Shown here: in pieces, positions 49,841-59,053 of the stretch
Numbering within the stretch: position 1 is the first letter of the stretch
Layout of the letters: each line of letters opens with the position of its first letter
From: Candidatus Saccharimonadales bacterium
GTDB taxonomy: Bacteria; Patescibacteriota; Saccharimonadia; Saccharimonadales; UBA7683
Reading direction: 5' to 3'
NCBI GenBank assembly: GCA_046350615.1
Contig: JAXMAA010000002.1
Span: 149,204-213,203, forward strand
Length of the DNA stretch: 64,000 nucleotides
Notes under the pieces: model-generated
What the model was told of the DNA's origin: nothing
The model's input: only the letters and a program-made list of their open reading frames with translations
Databases searched by the model: none
Position numbers and translations under genes: made by a program

Positions 49841-50020
49841 TTTTTTAGGAATACGGCCTCCTGCCGTTGTTACGATTTACTGAAGGGCTATAATTTTAAA
49901 AAAAGTAAGTTTTAGTTAATGAATAAGTTGTACTCGGGCAAACGAATTGCTTGGTGGTACGGTGATTAAAGTGTTCGACATCGTTTTGCCCTTTCCTATT
50001 AGTTTTATATCAATCTTGAT

Positions 50021-50029
50021 ATTATACCA
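50021..50029 (-). promoter_or_regulatory. extended -10 box for the ABC exporter operon
   Basis: The minus strand reads TGgTATAAT, about 180 nt upstream of the start at 49840. Confidence 0.4.
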
Positions 50030-50088
50030 CCTATGTCAAGCGCCGTACAATAAACTATTAAAACGACGCCATCAACAGATAAGCAAGC

Positions 50089-50120
50089 ATCATAAAACTC
50101 ACGATCGTGAGAAATTGGAT
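50089..50120. promoter_or_regulatory. candidate operator, copy 1 (ATCAT-N4-CTCACGATCGTGAG-N4-TGGAT)
   Basis: Perfect 14-bp palindrome at 50098-50111, between the regulator stop and the ABC operon. Confidence 0.55.
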
Positions 50121-50123
50121 ATT

Positions 50124-50585
50124 TTATATAAGGGCCTTGGCTTCAGATAATTGGACCTCTTTCTCTAACCCGAGGGCCTGTATCTCGGCTCTTAGATATT
50201 CTTGGTGGTCAAACTTAGTCACCCAGACGCTCTTTTGAATTTGTTCGAAAGAAAGCTCTTTTAGTAGAAGGCAGAGGTGGTCGCGTTTTTTACGATCCGC
50301 TTCAGGAATATCGAATATTATCATCAGCACGCTTCCTGGCAGAGTAGGCGCGGTGAAAGGCAGCATGGCGTGGCGGCCTTTTGCCGTCAGCTCTGGCGCG
50401 CCCACTTCATTGATGATAATAAGCCCTTGCCGAATAGCTCGACTAAAAGCATTATTTAATTGTCTTGCAGAGATCTCGTGATTACTGGCAACATAGTTAA
50501 CAAGTGCAGCGCGATAGAGCCGTTTGTTGTGATCTGGCAATAGATTTTCAAGTAAATACCTTGTCGTTGTGCCGTATCTTCCCAC
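50124..50585 (-). CDS. PaaX-like transcriptional regulator (wHTH plus Cas2-like central domain)
   Basis: The C-terminal VLMIIFDIPEADRKKRDHLCLLLKELSFEQIQKSVWVT matches the PaaX/Cas2-like signature (..fDIPe..rk.Rd.l...L...gf..lQ.SVW). GTG start. Confidence 0.65.
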   Translation of the reverse strand: MGRYGTTTRYLLENLLPDHNKRLYRAALVNYVASNHEISARQLNNAFSRAIRQGLIIINEVGAPELTAKGRHAMLPFTAPTLPGSVLMIIFDIPEADRKKRDHLCLLLKELSFEQIQKSVWVTKFDHQEYLRAEIQALGLEKEVQLSEAKALI

Positions 50586-50596
50586 ATAGAAATTAT

Positions 50597-50628
50597 ATCA
50601 TTTATCTCACGATCGTGAGTTCTATGAT
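50597..50628. promoter_or_regulatory. candidate operator, copy 2 (ATCAT-N4-CTCACGATCGTGAG-N4-ATGAT)
   Basis: Fully symmetric 32-bp site (core 50606-50619) abutting the regulator's own TGaTATAAT box (50592-50600 region). Lies in the divergent gap to trhO. Confidence 0.6.
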
Positions 50629-50670
50629 ACTTTCTTTTGTGAGGGATAAGTTTTTGGTATGATATAACAG

Positions 50671-51574
50671 ATGAAGAAATCGACACAGCAGGAACCAAAA
50701 GTCATTTTGTATTATAAGTTTGTACCGGTAAATGATCCGAACATTACTATGCGTTGGCAGAAGGAACTATGTGCCCGGCTTGGCTTGAAGGGTCGAATTA
50801 TTATTTCACCACACGGCATTAATGGAACACTTGGCGGAGGTATTGAAAACCTCCGTGAATATAAGCGTGAGATGAACCGCTCGGTGCTGTTTAAGGGCAT
50901 CATGTACAAGTGGTCTGGCGGAAATGGCGAAGAGTTTCCGAAGCTTTCGGTTAAAGTTCGCGATGAGCTAGTGGCCTTTCATGCGTCAGATGAAATTGTG
51001 GTATCGGAGCAAGGGATTGAAAATGGCGGTGTGCACCTTAAGCCCGAACAGGTTCATAAGTTGATACAAGACCGGGGTGATGAGGTGATTTTTTGATGGC
51101 AGAAATGCGTACGAGGCGCAAGTGGGAAGATTCAAAAACGCAATTATTCCGGCCGTAGAAACTACGCCAGATTTTTTAAAAGAACTGGAAGATCCCAAGT
51201 ACAATGCCATTAAAGACCGACCAATTATTACCTACTGTACGGGTGGTATTCGTTGTGAAATTCTTTCAGTTTTAATGAAGAACCGCGGGTTCAAAGAGGT
51301 TTATCAAATTGATGGTGGCATCGTGAAGTACGGCGAAAAATATGGTGATGACGGATTTTGGGAAGGCACGCTGTATATTTTTGATGGCCGCATGAACCAT
51401 ACATTTAGCAGCCAGGCTCGTGATCTTGGGGAATGCATCCACTGCAAGGCCAAAACTAGTCGATTTATTAATTGTGCTGACAAAAGCTGCAATAAATTAA
51501 AACTGGTTTGCGGCAATTGTACTAACCGCACGTTTTGCGAGCAACATCAGGCAGACGTAGTGCGCACGGCATAG
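50671..51574 (+). pseudogene. trhO: tRNA uridine(34) hydroxylase TrhO (rhodanese, UPF0176/YceA), frameshift in a T6 run
   Basis: ILYYKFV...GRIIISPHGINGTLGG, then DEVIF-stop. Removing one T at 51089-51094 gives [31 protein letters not shown]. TGgTATGAT lies 7 nt upstream of the ATG at 50671. Confidence 0.85.
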
Positions 51575-51701
51575 ACTTCGCCCTAAAAGGTAGTAACTGA
51601 TACGATTTGCATAGTTGCGATAGTAAATTTGCAGAAATATAAATGGTTGTGCTATTATCCCACTTGTAAGTTATAAAATAATAATCAAGGAAAAATGTGC
51701 C

Positions 51702-53072
51702 ATGAACGCTAGCAGGCAACTACTAATTAATCAGCATAAAAAGAGTGTTCTTGTGTTGCTTGGCACTGTGCTCACGATAGCGCTCCTGTTTTCAATCGGG
51801 TTTATTCGGGTAGTGCAGGCTGCGCCGGGTGTTCCTAGAGATCCGGTTAGAATCTACAACGAAGATTTTGAGAATAACCACAGCACATCACCAATTCTAC
51901 TCACAAGCTATACTGGGGTAGGGGGTGTTACCTATACAGCCGCGGCTCCGTGGCTGACATCCTGTAATGGCGAAGTCATTTATTTTGCGATGGACAATAG
52001 TGAGTTTGATAACAGCAATTGTTCAGTTGGTGATGGTACAAACAGCTCGGGCGCTTTTGATTACGTAAGGCGCATGGCACATGCGCTTGGCCAGTTTGGT
52101 GGTGCGACAGATCCTACTTTGAATCGTGCGTTAACAGCATATACCGATAATGGAAATGTGAGCGTAAACCCAGGTGCGAACCTTGTGCAGTTAGAAACTG
52201 CGCAATCTATTAACTTGCCAAACAATAATCGCCGATTTCTTATCGCAAGCTTGAGCGCAGCATCAGTAAACTGTGAACTCGGCAGCACACACCCGGCAAA
52301 GTTCATATTTTACTTGCTTGATGGTAGTGACACGCGGCGAATTAACCAGGATGCGCTTAATGTCTGTACTGATGAGCAATCTCAGCAAATCACTCCGCCC
52401 TCTCTGCAGTCGAATAGCGCCACCTCGCCATCGGTTTTGCCTATTTGGGTTGCAAAAATACAAACAGATCGGGCACTGCTAAGCCAGGCTAATTCAGTTG
52501 GTGTTCGTGTTGTGAACGAAGAGGGCGATGGAATTGGAAACGATAATGCACTTGATGATATCTCAATATCTGATGCATCGCCTCACCTTGATATTACGTT
52601 TGAACCCGATACTGTTGAGATTGATAAAACCTCGCGTATGACATTCACAGTTACCAACACCAGTGATCTTTTGGCTAAAGAGGGCTGGTCATTCACAAAT
52701 AATTTACCAGAATCATTAATGGTTGCCGAAAACCCAGACATTCAAACTACCTGTACTGCCGGCAGTATCATCGTTTCTGAAGATAAAAGGCAATTGGCCT
52801 ACGCGGGCAATTTAAATCTTGGGCAGGTTTCGTGCACGCTTACCATTAGTGTTACCTCAAAGACGGCACAAACCTATATCAATGGTCCTGCCTTGCTCGC
52901 GAACGTTGTCGGTTTACAACTTCCTGAAGATGCACCAGTTACTTTCGTGCCGTTTGCACCGAATACTGGTACGACAAATACGAACTTTACATACTATGTT
53001 GGCATTGCCGGTGCTGGTGCTATAGCTATTGGTTTGCACCGCAAGCTGAAAAAACTTCGCCGACGCGCTTGA
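51702..53072 (+). CDS. cell-surface protein with C-terminal sortase sorting signal (APNTG)
   Basis: N-terminal signal/TM. The C-terminus is FAPNTG + hydrophobic YYVGIAGAGAIAIGL + basic tail RKLKKLRRRA. Confidence 0.7.
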   Translation: MNASRQLLINQHKKSVLVLLGTVLTIALLFSIGFIRVVQAAPGVPRDPVRIYNEDFENNHSTSPILLTSYTGVGGVTYTAAAPWLTSCNGEVIYFAMDNSEFDNSNCSVGDGTNSSGAFDYVRRMAHALGQFGGATDPTLNRALTAYTDNGNVSVNPGANLVQLETAQSINLPNNNRRFLIASLSAASVNCELGSTHPAKFIFYLLDGSDTRRINQDALNVCTDEQSQQITPPSLQSNSATSPSVLPIWVAKIQTDRALLSQANSVGVRVVNEEGDGIGNDNALDDISISDASPHLDITFEPDTVEIDKTSRMTFTVTNTSDLLAKEGWSFTNNLPESLMVAENPDIQTTCTAGSIIVSEDKRQLAYAGNLNLGQVSCTLTISVTSKTAQTYINGPALLANVVGLQLPEDAPVTFVPFAPNTGTTNTNFTYYVGIAGAGAIAIGLHRKLKKLRRRA

Positions 53073-53134
53073 CAGTTGCACTAAGCATAAGTAGTATAGA
53101 TACCAGAAGTAATTCTAAACAAACACAATTAAAA

Positions 53135-54421
53135 ATGGATACACAAACAAACACAGCTGTTTTGCGTGGTGGATTTCAGCCTCGCGACCATAGCACTCCT
53201 CGCAGAGTGTATCTTGATACGTATGCTCGCCGTAGAACTGGATTGACAGATGAGCAGCTCGCTGCCAAGGCGCAGCTTGAGGCGAAGCAGGCGGCAGAAC
53301 AAGTTGTGCAATCTGCAGCGTACTACGCACCTCAACCTACTTTTATGGTTGAGCAGCCTCCAGTTGCAGCATCTAACCCTCTCGTAACTCACGCTGCACC
53401 GCAAACTGTATTGCAACAACCAGCAGTTGTAGCAGCCCCTATCGCCAACCAGCCACAGACCATAGCCTCGGCACAATCTTTCGTGCCAGTTCAGTCTCAG
53501 CCACAGCACACAGCAGCTCAACCAATCACTACTCAATCGCAGCAATCTAAACCGGCCGTACATAAGACGTATCTCGATACACTGACACGTCGCCACCAAA
53601 CTGCTGTAGCCGAGGCTCCAGCCCAGGAAGAAACGGTTTTTCAGCCAACATTGAGCGAAACGACACAAAATCTGCTGGAAGATACGGAATCTCAAAAACG
53701 AATTGAGGCAAATCTTCGCGCACTCTATGAAGATCGCTCACTTACTAATCAGCTGGCTAAGAGTACAGCCAGTGCTTCGGCGGCACATGTTCGAACAATT
53801 GTTGGGAGCGCCCTTGCCTGCGGTATTCTTGCGATGGGTATTTTCAGTTTCACCACCAGTTACGACACACAGCCGGTTGTGGCGATACCAATCGGAGCGC
53901 CAGTAATTGAGGTTGAGGCCCCTACTTCTCAGCCAACTGGCGGAACCCCAGTTGCTCAAAATAACAGCACAGCCCCAGTAGTTGACCCAAGCCATCCTGT
54001 TCGTTTGGTCATGAGCAGCATCGGTGTTAACGCTCCCGTTGAAGGTTTGGGTACTACACCAGAAGGCTTAATTGCCGTGCCAAAGGCGTACGGCGTGGTT
54101 GGCTGGTACAACAAGGGCGTGGTGCCAGGCAAAAAAGGGCCCGCGGTATTAGTCGGCCATTACGCAGGAGGCGGTGGTGCTGTGTTCGATAAACTCAAAG
54201 ATGCTAAAAATGGCGATTTAATTACAACTACAAACGGCCGTGGTGAAAGCTTCACGTATCGTATTGTGGCCATGAATGAATATGCCAAAGATGCAGTTCC
54301 CATGGCACAAATCTTCAAATCAGGAGATGAATCTCGCCTAGAAATCATCACCTGCGCCGGCCAATGGCAAGCCAAAACCTACGATAAACGTCTGGTAGTC
54401 ACCGCCGAGCTTGTGAAATAA
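53135..54421 (+). CDS. sortase (class E/F-like) with long Q/A/P-rich N-terminal region
   Basis: Catalytic pattern LVGH...EIITCAG...RLVVTAELV, with a TM before the domain. Alternative TTG start at 53069 overlaps the upstream stop. Confidence 0.8.
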   Translation: MDTQTNTAVLRGGFQPRDHSTPRRVYLDTYARRRTGLTDEQLAAKAQLEAKQAAEQVVQSAAYYAPQPTFMVEQPPVAASNPLVTHAAPQTVLQQPAVVAAPIANQPQTIASAQSFVPVQSQPQHTAAQPITTQSQQSKPAVHKTYLDTLTRRHQTAVAEAPAQEETVFQPTLSETTQNLLEDTESQKRIEANLRALYEDRSLTNQLAKSTASASAAHVRTIVGSALACGILAMGIFSFTTSYDTQPVVAIPIGAPVIEVEAPTSQPTGGTPVAQNNSTAPVVDPSHPVRLVMSSIGVNAPVEGLGTTPEGLIAVPKAYGVVGWYNKGVVPGKKGPAVLVGHYAGGGGAVFDKLKDAKNGDLITTTNGRGESFTYRIVAMNEYAKDAVPMAQIFKSGDESRLEIITCAGQWQAKTYDKRLVVTAELVK

Positions 54422-54496
54422 GCTTTGTTGCTTGTGCTTGCTACAAATACCCCCGAGGTGTATTAATAGTATTCAGGGATAAGCAAGGAGAGAAGA

Positions 54497-54958
54497 ATGT
54501 TCAGAAGAAGTAAAGAAACTCACAATAATGAGCAGATGGTTCCGGAAGGCCAGATGGCTACTGCTATTCTTCGTTTTGCAGATGTTGTTACTGAAGCGCG
54601 GTCGGGGCCAGAGTTAGAGGTGGCTGAGTTCATGGAGCGCTTCCCTAGATGGAGTATAGACGTAATAATTGGGGACGGTGAAGCTTACAAGTTCTTCAGA
54701 AGAAGCTTTGGAGACACGAAGCTGCCTGAAGATGCATTGTATAAGAAATTTGCTGATGAAAACCTTTACTTTGACGCTGAGTTGATGAATATTTTTGAGA
54801 CAAGCAACGTCAGGGGCGAGGTGGGGGGCGGCGCTTATTTCGAGCTTCGTGTGCCTGTTGCACCATTTTGTCGAAATGATGTAGCTAGGGTTGCTGCTGC
54901 CGAAGACTACCTTTTGCAAGCGGAGATAATTCGGTCTCCTATGACTTCAGCCTTATAG
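54497..54958 (+). CDS. hypothetical protein
   Basis: ORF only; GGAGAG lies upstream. Confidence 0.5.
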   Translation: MFRRSKETHNNEQMVPEGQMATAILRFADVVTEARSGPELEVAEFMERFPRWSIDVIIGDGEAYKFFRRSFGDTKLPEDALYKKFADENLYFDAELMNIFETSNVRGEVGGGAYFELRVPVAPFCRNDVARVAAAEDYLLQAEIIRSPMTSAL

Positions 54959-54991
54959 GGTTTAGTATATCGCATTTGCTATGATTAATGT

Positions 54992-56578
54992 GTGAATAAA
55001 AAGTTGGAAGCTAAGTTGAAGGAGTTGCCGCGGGAGCCGGGGGTTTATTTTCATAAGTCTCAAAATGGCGAGATTATTTATGTTGGCAAGGCGGCGGTTT
55101 TAAAGAATCGGGTGAAGCAGTATTTTCAGAAATCTCGACCGTTTGATCCTAAAACAGAAGCTTTAGTAGCGGAGATTACAGATACCGATTGGATTACGGT
55201 AGAAACCGAGTTAGACGCATTGTTTTTAGAAAGCGAGATGATAAAGCGCTACAAACCGCGCTACAACATTTTGCTGCGTGACGATAAAAGCCAGATCTAT
55301 ATTAGAATTCCAATGAAAGAAACGTATCCAAGCGTCACGTATACTCGTGGTCCGCTTGATGATGGTGCCCAGTATTTTGGGCCGTACTATAACGGCTGGG
55401 CCATTAAAAAAGCTATGAAATATTTGCGGAAAGTTTTTCCATACTCTACCCACGAGGTGCTGCCCAAACGAGTTTGTTTACAGTATCACCTCGGGCTTTG
55501 TCCGGGAGTAGAAGAGGCGAAGATTAGTGAAAAAGAATATAAAGATTGTCTCAGAAAACTCATGTTATATCTCAAGGGCGGTAAAAAACAGGTGATAGCT
55601 GAGATAGAAAAAGAGATGAAAGCTTTTGCCAAGTCCTCACGGTTTGAGTTGGCGGCCGAAAGAAGAAACCAGCTGAACGATCTCAGGGCTTTGCAGCGGC
55701 AGATTATTTTTAGCGACAAAGAATTCATGGATTTAAGCAAAGATCAAGCTTTGAGCGGCTTACAGCGACTGTTAACGCTTTCAGATATTCCAAAACGGAT
55801 TGAAGGGTATGATATCAGCCACATGCAGGGCACAAATAACGTAGCAAGTATGGTGGTTGCAACAAATGGCTTAGCAGATAAGGCACAGTACCGAAAGTTC
55901 AAAATGCGGATACCCGGCAATAACGATTTTGCCCATATGAACGAAACAATGTTGCGTCGATTTTCGGGCCGACATACCGATTGGCCGAAACCAAGCCTGA
56001 TTCTTATCGATGGCGGCAAGGGGCAACTCAGTGCGGCACTTGATGCACTCGATGAACTGGGTGTGAGTATTCCGGTGGTTGGACTTGCAAAGCGTGAGGA
56101 AGAAATTGTCGTGCATAAATCTCGCTCGCATGTGGTGGTGGATACCGATGCTATCAAAGCGTGGGCAAAGGAGAAAAACCCTTTTGACGAGCCGACAGTA
56201 CAAGCCGATCCTGGCCGTGGATTGGAAAGCAAATATGTGTCGCTTCGAGTACGAGAGGATCAGCAGCCGGGCATCACTGGCGATAGTGAGGATTTTCTGG
56301 TTGTTCGGCTGCCAAAGAATAACCACATCGTAAAATTACTGCAGCGAATTCGCGACGAATCACATCGTTTTGCCGTGAGCTATCATACCCACCTCAAGCG
56401 TACCGGCCAAGTCAAAAGCATCCTCGATGACATCCCCGGCGTTGGCCCAGCCACACGAAAAAAACTGTTAAAAGCATTCGGCTCAGTTGCGGGGATTAAG
56501 GAGGCTCAAACCTCCGAAGTCGCCCAACACACCGGCCTAATCAAAGCTAAAACGATAAAAGCATACCTCGATAATTAA
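54992..56578 (+). CDS. uvrC: excinuclease ABC subunit C
   Basis: GIY-YIG (GVYFHKS..IIYVGKA..LKNRV), UVR-like ERRNQLNDLRALQ, RNase H-like IEGYDISH, C-terminal HhH. Confidence 0.9.
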   Translation: MNKKLEAKLKELPREPGVYFHKSQNGEIIYVGKAAVLKNRVKQYFQKSRPFDPKTEALVAEITDTDWITVETELDALFLESEMIKRYKPRYNILLRDDKSQIYIRIPMKETYPSVTYTRGPLDDGAQYFGPYYNGWAIKKAMKYLRKVFPYSTHEVLPKRVCLQYHLGLCPGVEEAKISEKEYKDCLRKLMLYLKGGKKQVIAEIEKEMKAFAKSSRFELAAERRNQLNDLRALQRQIIFSDKEFMDLSKDQALSGLQRLLTLSDIPKRIEGYDISHMQGTNNVASMVVATNGLADKAQYRKFKMRIPGNNDFAHMNETMLRRFSGRHTDWPKPSLILIDGGKGQLSAALDALDELGVSIPVVGLAKREEEIVVHKSRSHVVVDTDAIKAWAKEKNPFDEPTVQADPGRGLESKYVSLRVREDQQPGITGDSEDFLVVRLPKNNHIVKLLQRIRDESHRFAVSYHTHLKRTGQVKSILDDIPGVGPATRKKLLKAFGSVAGIKEAQTSEVAQHTGLIKAKTIKAYLDN

Positions 56579-56625
56579 ATTACTAGTGCTTGCAAATCAT
56601 CAAATGAATTAGCACACTCTAAGTA

Positions 56626-57192
56626 ATGAGTAATATAGAGTTTGGCGAACGATGGCAGGATTTCGAAGGAGCTGAATGTGAATTGGTGGCGAGCGTGGCT
56701 CGTCAAGCGTGGGAAATCCTAGCGTCTTTTGGTGAAGTAGACACGACTGAGGTAGATGCCGGTGAAGGGGATGTTGAGTTTTCTGGCCTTGCCACCCCTA
56801 CAATCTATCCTCTCAGTAAAGGACGCGAATTATATTGTGATCAAGTAGCATACGATAACGAAGGTGAAATTATTATGGAACCTGGCATTGTAGTGCTGCA
56901 CATATTACATTACGGAGGCGAAAAAGAGGCTTCAAGAACTGTATTTAGACTTGAGACACACCTTGAGGGTGCGGCTGTATTCGACAGCTGTATCTCTATT
57001 GCTACAAAAATTACCGATCCCGAAGAACTACTCTTACTGTCGGTTAAACTAGAGGGTATTAAACAAGCATTCTGGGCCGACTTACCTATTCAACCACCTG
57101 ATTCAACCCACAAACTCCATTTGTTTGGCTTACCTGTATCTCATCTTGCTGCTGAAACTGCTGCTTTTTTGGAAGAGGGCGGCAATGCTTAA
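56626..57192 (+). CDS. hypothetical acidic protein
   Basis: ORF only. TTGCAA-N17-CACACT lies 7 nt upstream of the ATG. Confidence 0.5.
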   Translation: MSNIEFGERWQDFEGAECELVASVARQAWEILASFGEVDTTEVDAGEGDVEFSGLATPTIYPLSKGRELYCDQVAYDNEGEIIMEPGIVVLHILHYGGEKEASRTVFRLETHLEGAAVFDSCISIATKITDPEELLLLSVKLEGIKQAFWADLPIQPPDSTHKLHLFGLPVSHLAAETAAFLEEGGNA

Positions 57193-57209
57193 TTTGGTAC
57201 ACTAGATAC

Positions 57210-58427
57210 ATGTTATCCGCAGAGTTTTTTATAGGTAATCGGGCACGGTTGGTTGGCCTGCTTGAGGGCGATGGGATTGCTGTAATCACAGCTAATGGGC
57301 TGATGCAGCGGAGTGGGGATAGTGCTTTTAAGTTTCGTCAAGAGAACAACTTTTTCTATCTTACTGGCATTGAAGAACCAAATATTGTGCTGGTGATTGA
57401 TGCTAAGAACGGCGATGAATTTCTGATTTTGCCTCAGCAAACTGAAGTTGAGCGGTTTTTTGGTGGTGGGATAAATCGCGATGAAATCGCAAAAATATCA
57501 GGTGTGATGACAATATGTAGTCATGTTGATGGTTGGAACAGGTTTAAAAAATTGCAACTTGGTCGCAAAAAAATATATACCATCCCAAGCTTGCCAACAC
57601 AACTTGTCCGTCAAGAACGCTTATTTACGAGCCCGGCACGAAAGCTGCTTATACAAAAACTTAAACGGCTTTCTGCGTTACCCCATGAGCCACTGCATGA
57701 GCAACTCATTAAACTTCGTATGATCAAACAACCGGCCGAGATCAAGGCAATACAGGGGGCGGTTGATATTACACGGGCAGGTATTGACCAGGTGCGCGCG
57801 AAAATGGCGGCCGGAATGTACGAATATGAACTGGAGGCCGAGCTTGACTATGCTTTTAAGCGCGCTGCAAGCAGGCACGGGTTCTTGCCGCCAATTATGG
57901 CAGCTGGCAAAAATACGACCATTTTACATTATCAAGCCAATCGGGCGCGGCTGAAAAAAGACGACATTCTGTTGATGGATATTGGTGCCGAAGTCGCAAA
58001 TTACTCGGCAGATATTAGTAGGACATACAAAGTTGTGGGTGCATTCACTGAGCGTGAACAAGCGGTGTACGATTCGGTGATGTCAGTTCACCAAGCAACG
58101 ATGAAGATGTTGCGGCCGGGGCTTCATTGGCGAGAACTGGCCGTAAACGTTGATACACTCATGGGCGAGCAGCTCATGAAGCTTGGCTTAATTTCAGAAA
58201 ATACTAGGGCAGCCGTTCGCCGCTACTTCCCACATGCTATCGGGCATAGTCTCGGGTTGGATGTACACGATGCGTGCGATTATAAGATCCTCCAAGAGAA
58301 CATGGTGATTACAGTGGAGCCGGGTATTTACATCCCTGAAGAGGGAATTGGCATACGGGTTGAAGATGATGTGCTCATTACTCAAAATGGTGCCAAAAAT
58401 CTTTCGGCAGATATCCCCTATGCGTGA
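57210..58427 (+). CDS. pepP: Xaa-Pro aminopeptidase (M24B)
   Basis: DIGAEVANYSADISRT, HAIGHSLGLDVHD, VEPGIY, RVEDDVLIT. Confidence 0.9.
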   Translation: MLSAEFFIGNRARLVGLLEGDGIAVITANGLMQRSGDSAFKFRQENNFFYLTGIEEPNIVLVIDAKNGDEFLILPQQTEVERFFGGGINRDEIAKISGVMTICSHVDGWNRFKKLQLGRKKIYTIPSLPTQLVRQERLFTSPARKLLIQKLKRLSALPHEPLHEQLIKLRMIKQPAEIKAIQGAVDITRAGIDQVRAKMAAGMYEYELEAELDYAFKRAASRHGFLPPIMAAGKNTTILHYQANRARLKKDDILLMDIGAEVANYSADISRTYKVVGAFTEREQAVYDSVMSVHQATMKMLRPGLHWRELAVNVDTLMGEQLMKLGLISENTRAAVRRYFPHAIGHSLGLDVHDACDYKILQENMVITVEPGIYIPEEGIGIRVEDDVLITQNGAKNLSADIPYA

Positions 58428-58449
58428 GCTGTGCTAGAATAAGCGTAAG

Positions 58450-58824
58450 ATGAAACGGCAATTTGCTCAGTTCCTGATTCGTTGGGGGTTAAATACAGTT
58501 GGTCTTTTTGTGGCAGCACATTTTCTGAAAGGCCTTTCATACCAAGAAGAGTGGCGAGTATTGGTGGTTGCGGCATTAGTGCTCTCAATTATCAATGCGC
58601 TCATTAAGCCATTTGTTGTGATTCTCTCACTACCAGCACTCCTGGTGACATTGGGAATATTTAGCATCGTTATCAATGGTTTTATGGTGTACCTTGCTCA
58701 CTTATTGTACTCACCGTTTCAAGTGAGTAGTTTCGGTACCGCAATACTTGCCGGTTTGGTGGTTGGCTTGGTAAACTATACAGTAACGCGGTTGTTTGAT
58801 ATTGCCGCAAAGGAAGAGGTATGA
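58450..58824 (+). CDS. phage holin family 4_2 / YvlD-like membrane protein
   Basis: ALIKPFVVILSLPALLVTLGIFSIVINGFMV. Confidence 0.65.
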   Translation: MKRQFAQFLIRWGLNTVGLFVAAHFLKGLSYQEEWRVLVVAALVLSIINALIKPFVVILSLPALLVTLGIFSIVINGFMVYLAHLLYSPFQVSSFGTAILAGLVVGLVNYTVTRLFDIAAKEEV

Positions 58825-59039
58825 ACGATATTTTCCAGATCATCACGATTAGTTCTGCAGTACTCATGACACTCATGATTTTGTTGCAAACACGAGGCGC
58901 AAGTTTGGGTGCTGGTTTTGGTGGTTCTGGCGAGCTGTTTACGGCTCGCCGTGGTGTTGATAAAACTATGCATCAGATAACCATCATTCTCGCAATTCTC
59001 TTCATTGGCTCGCTGGTGCTCGGCATTGTTCGTGCTTAG
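58821..59039 (+). CDS. secG: preprotein translocase subunit SecG
   Basis: LLQTRGASLGAGFGGSGELF; two TM helices; 72 aa. Confidence 0.8.
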   Translation: MNDIFQIITISSAVLMTLMILLQTRGASLGAGFGGSGELFTARRGVDKTMHQITIILAILFIGSLVLGIVRA

Positions 59040-59053
59040 TTTTTCACTTTGTT

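Noticed and set aside
49947-50698. Track ORFs 49947-50150 (+) and 50456-50698 (-).
   Set aside because: Both merely read through the CTCACGATCGTGAG palindromes (each contains ..THDRE..) and overlap the regulator gene or intergenic promoters.
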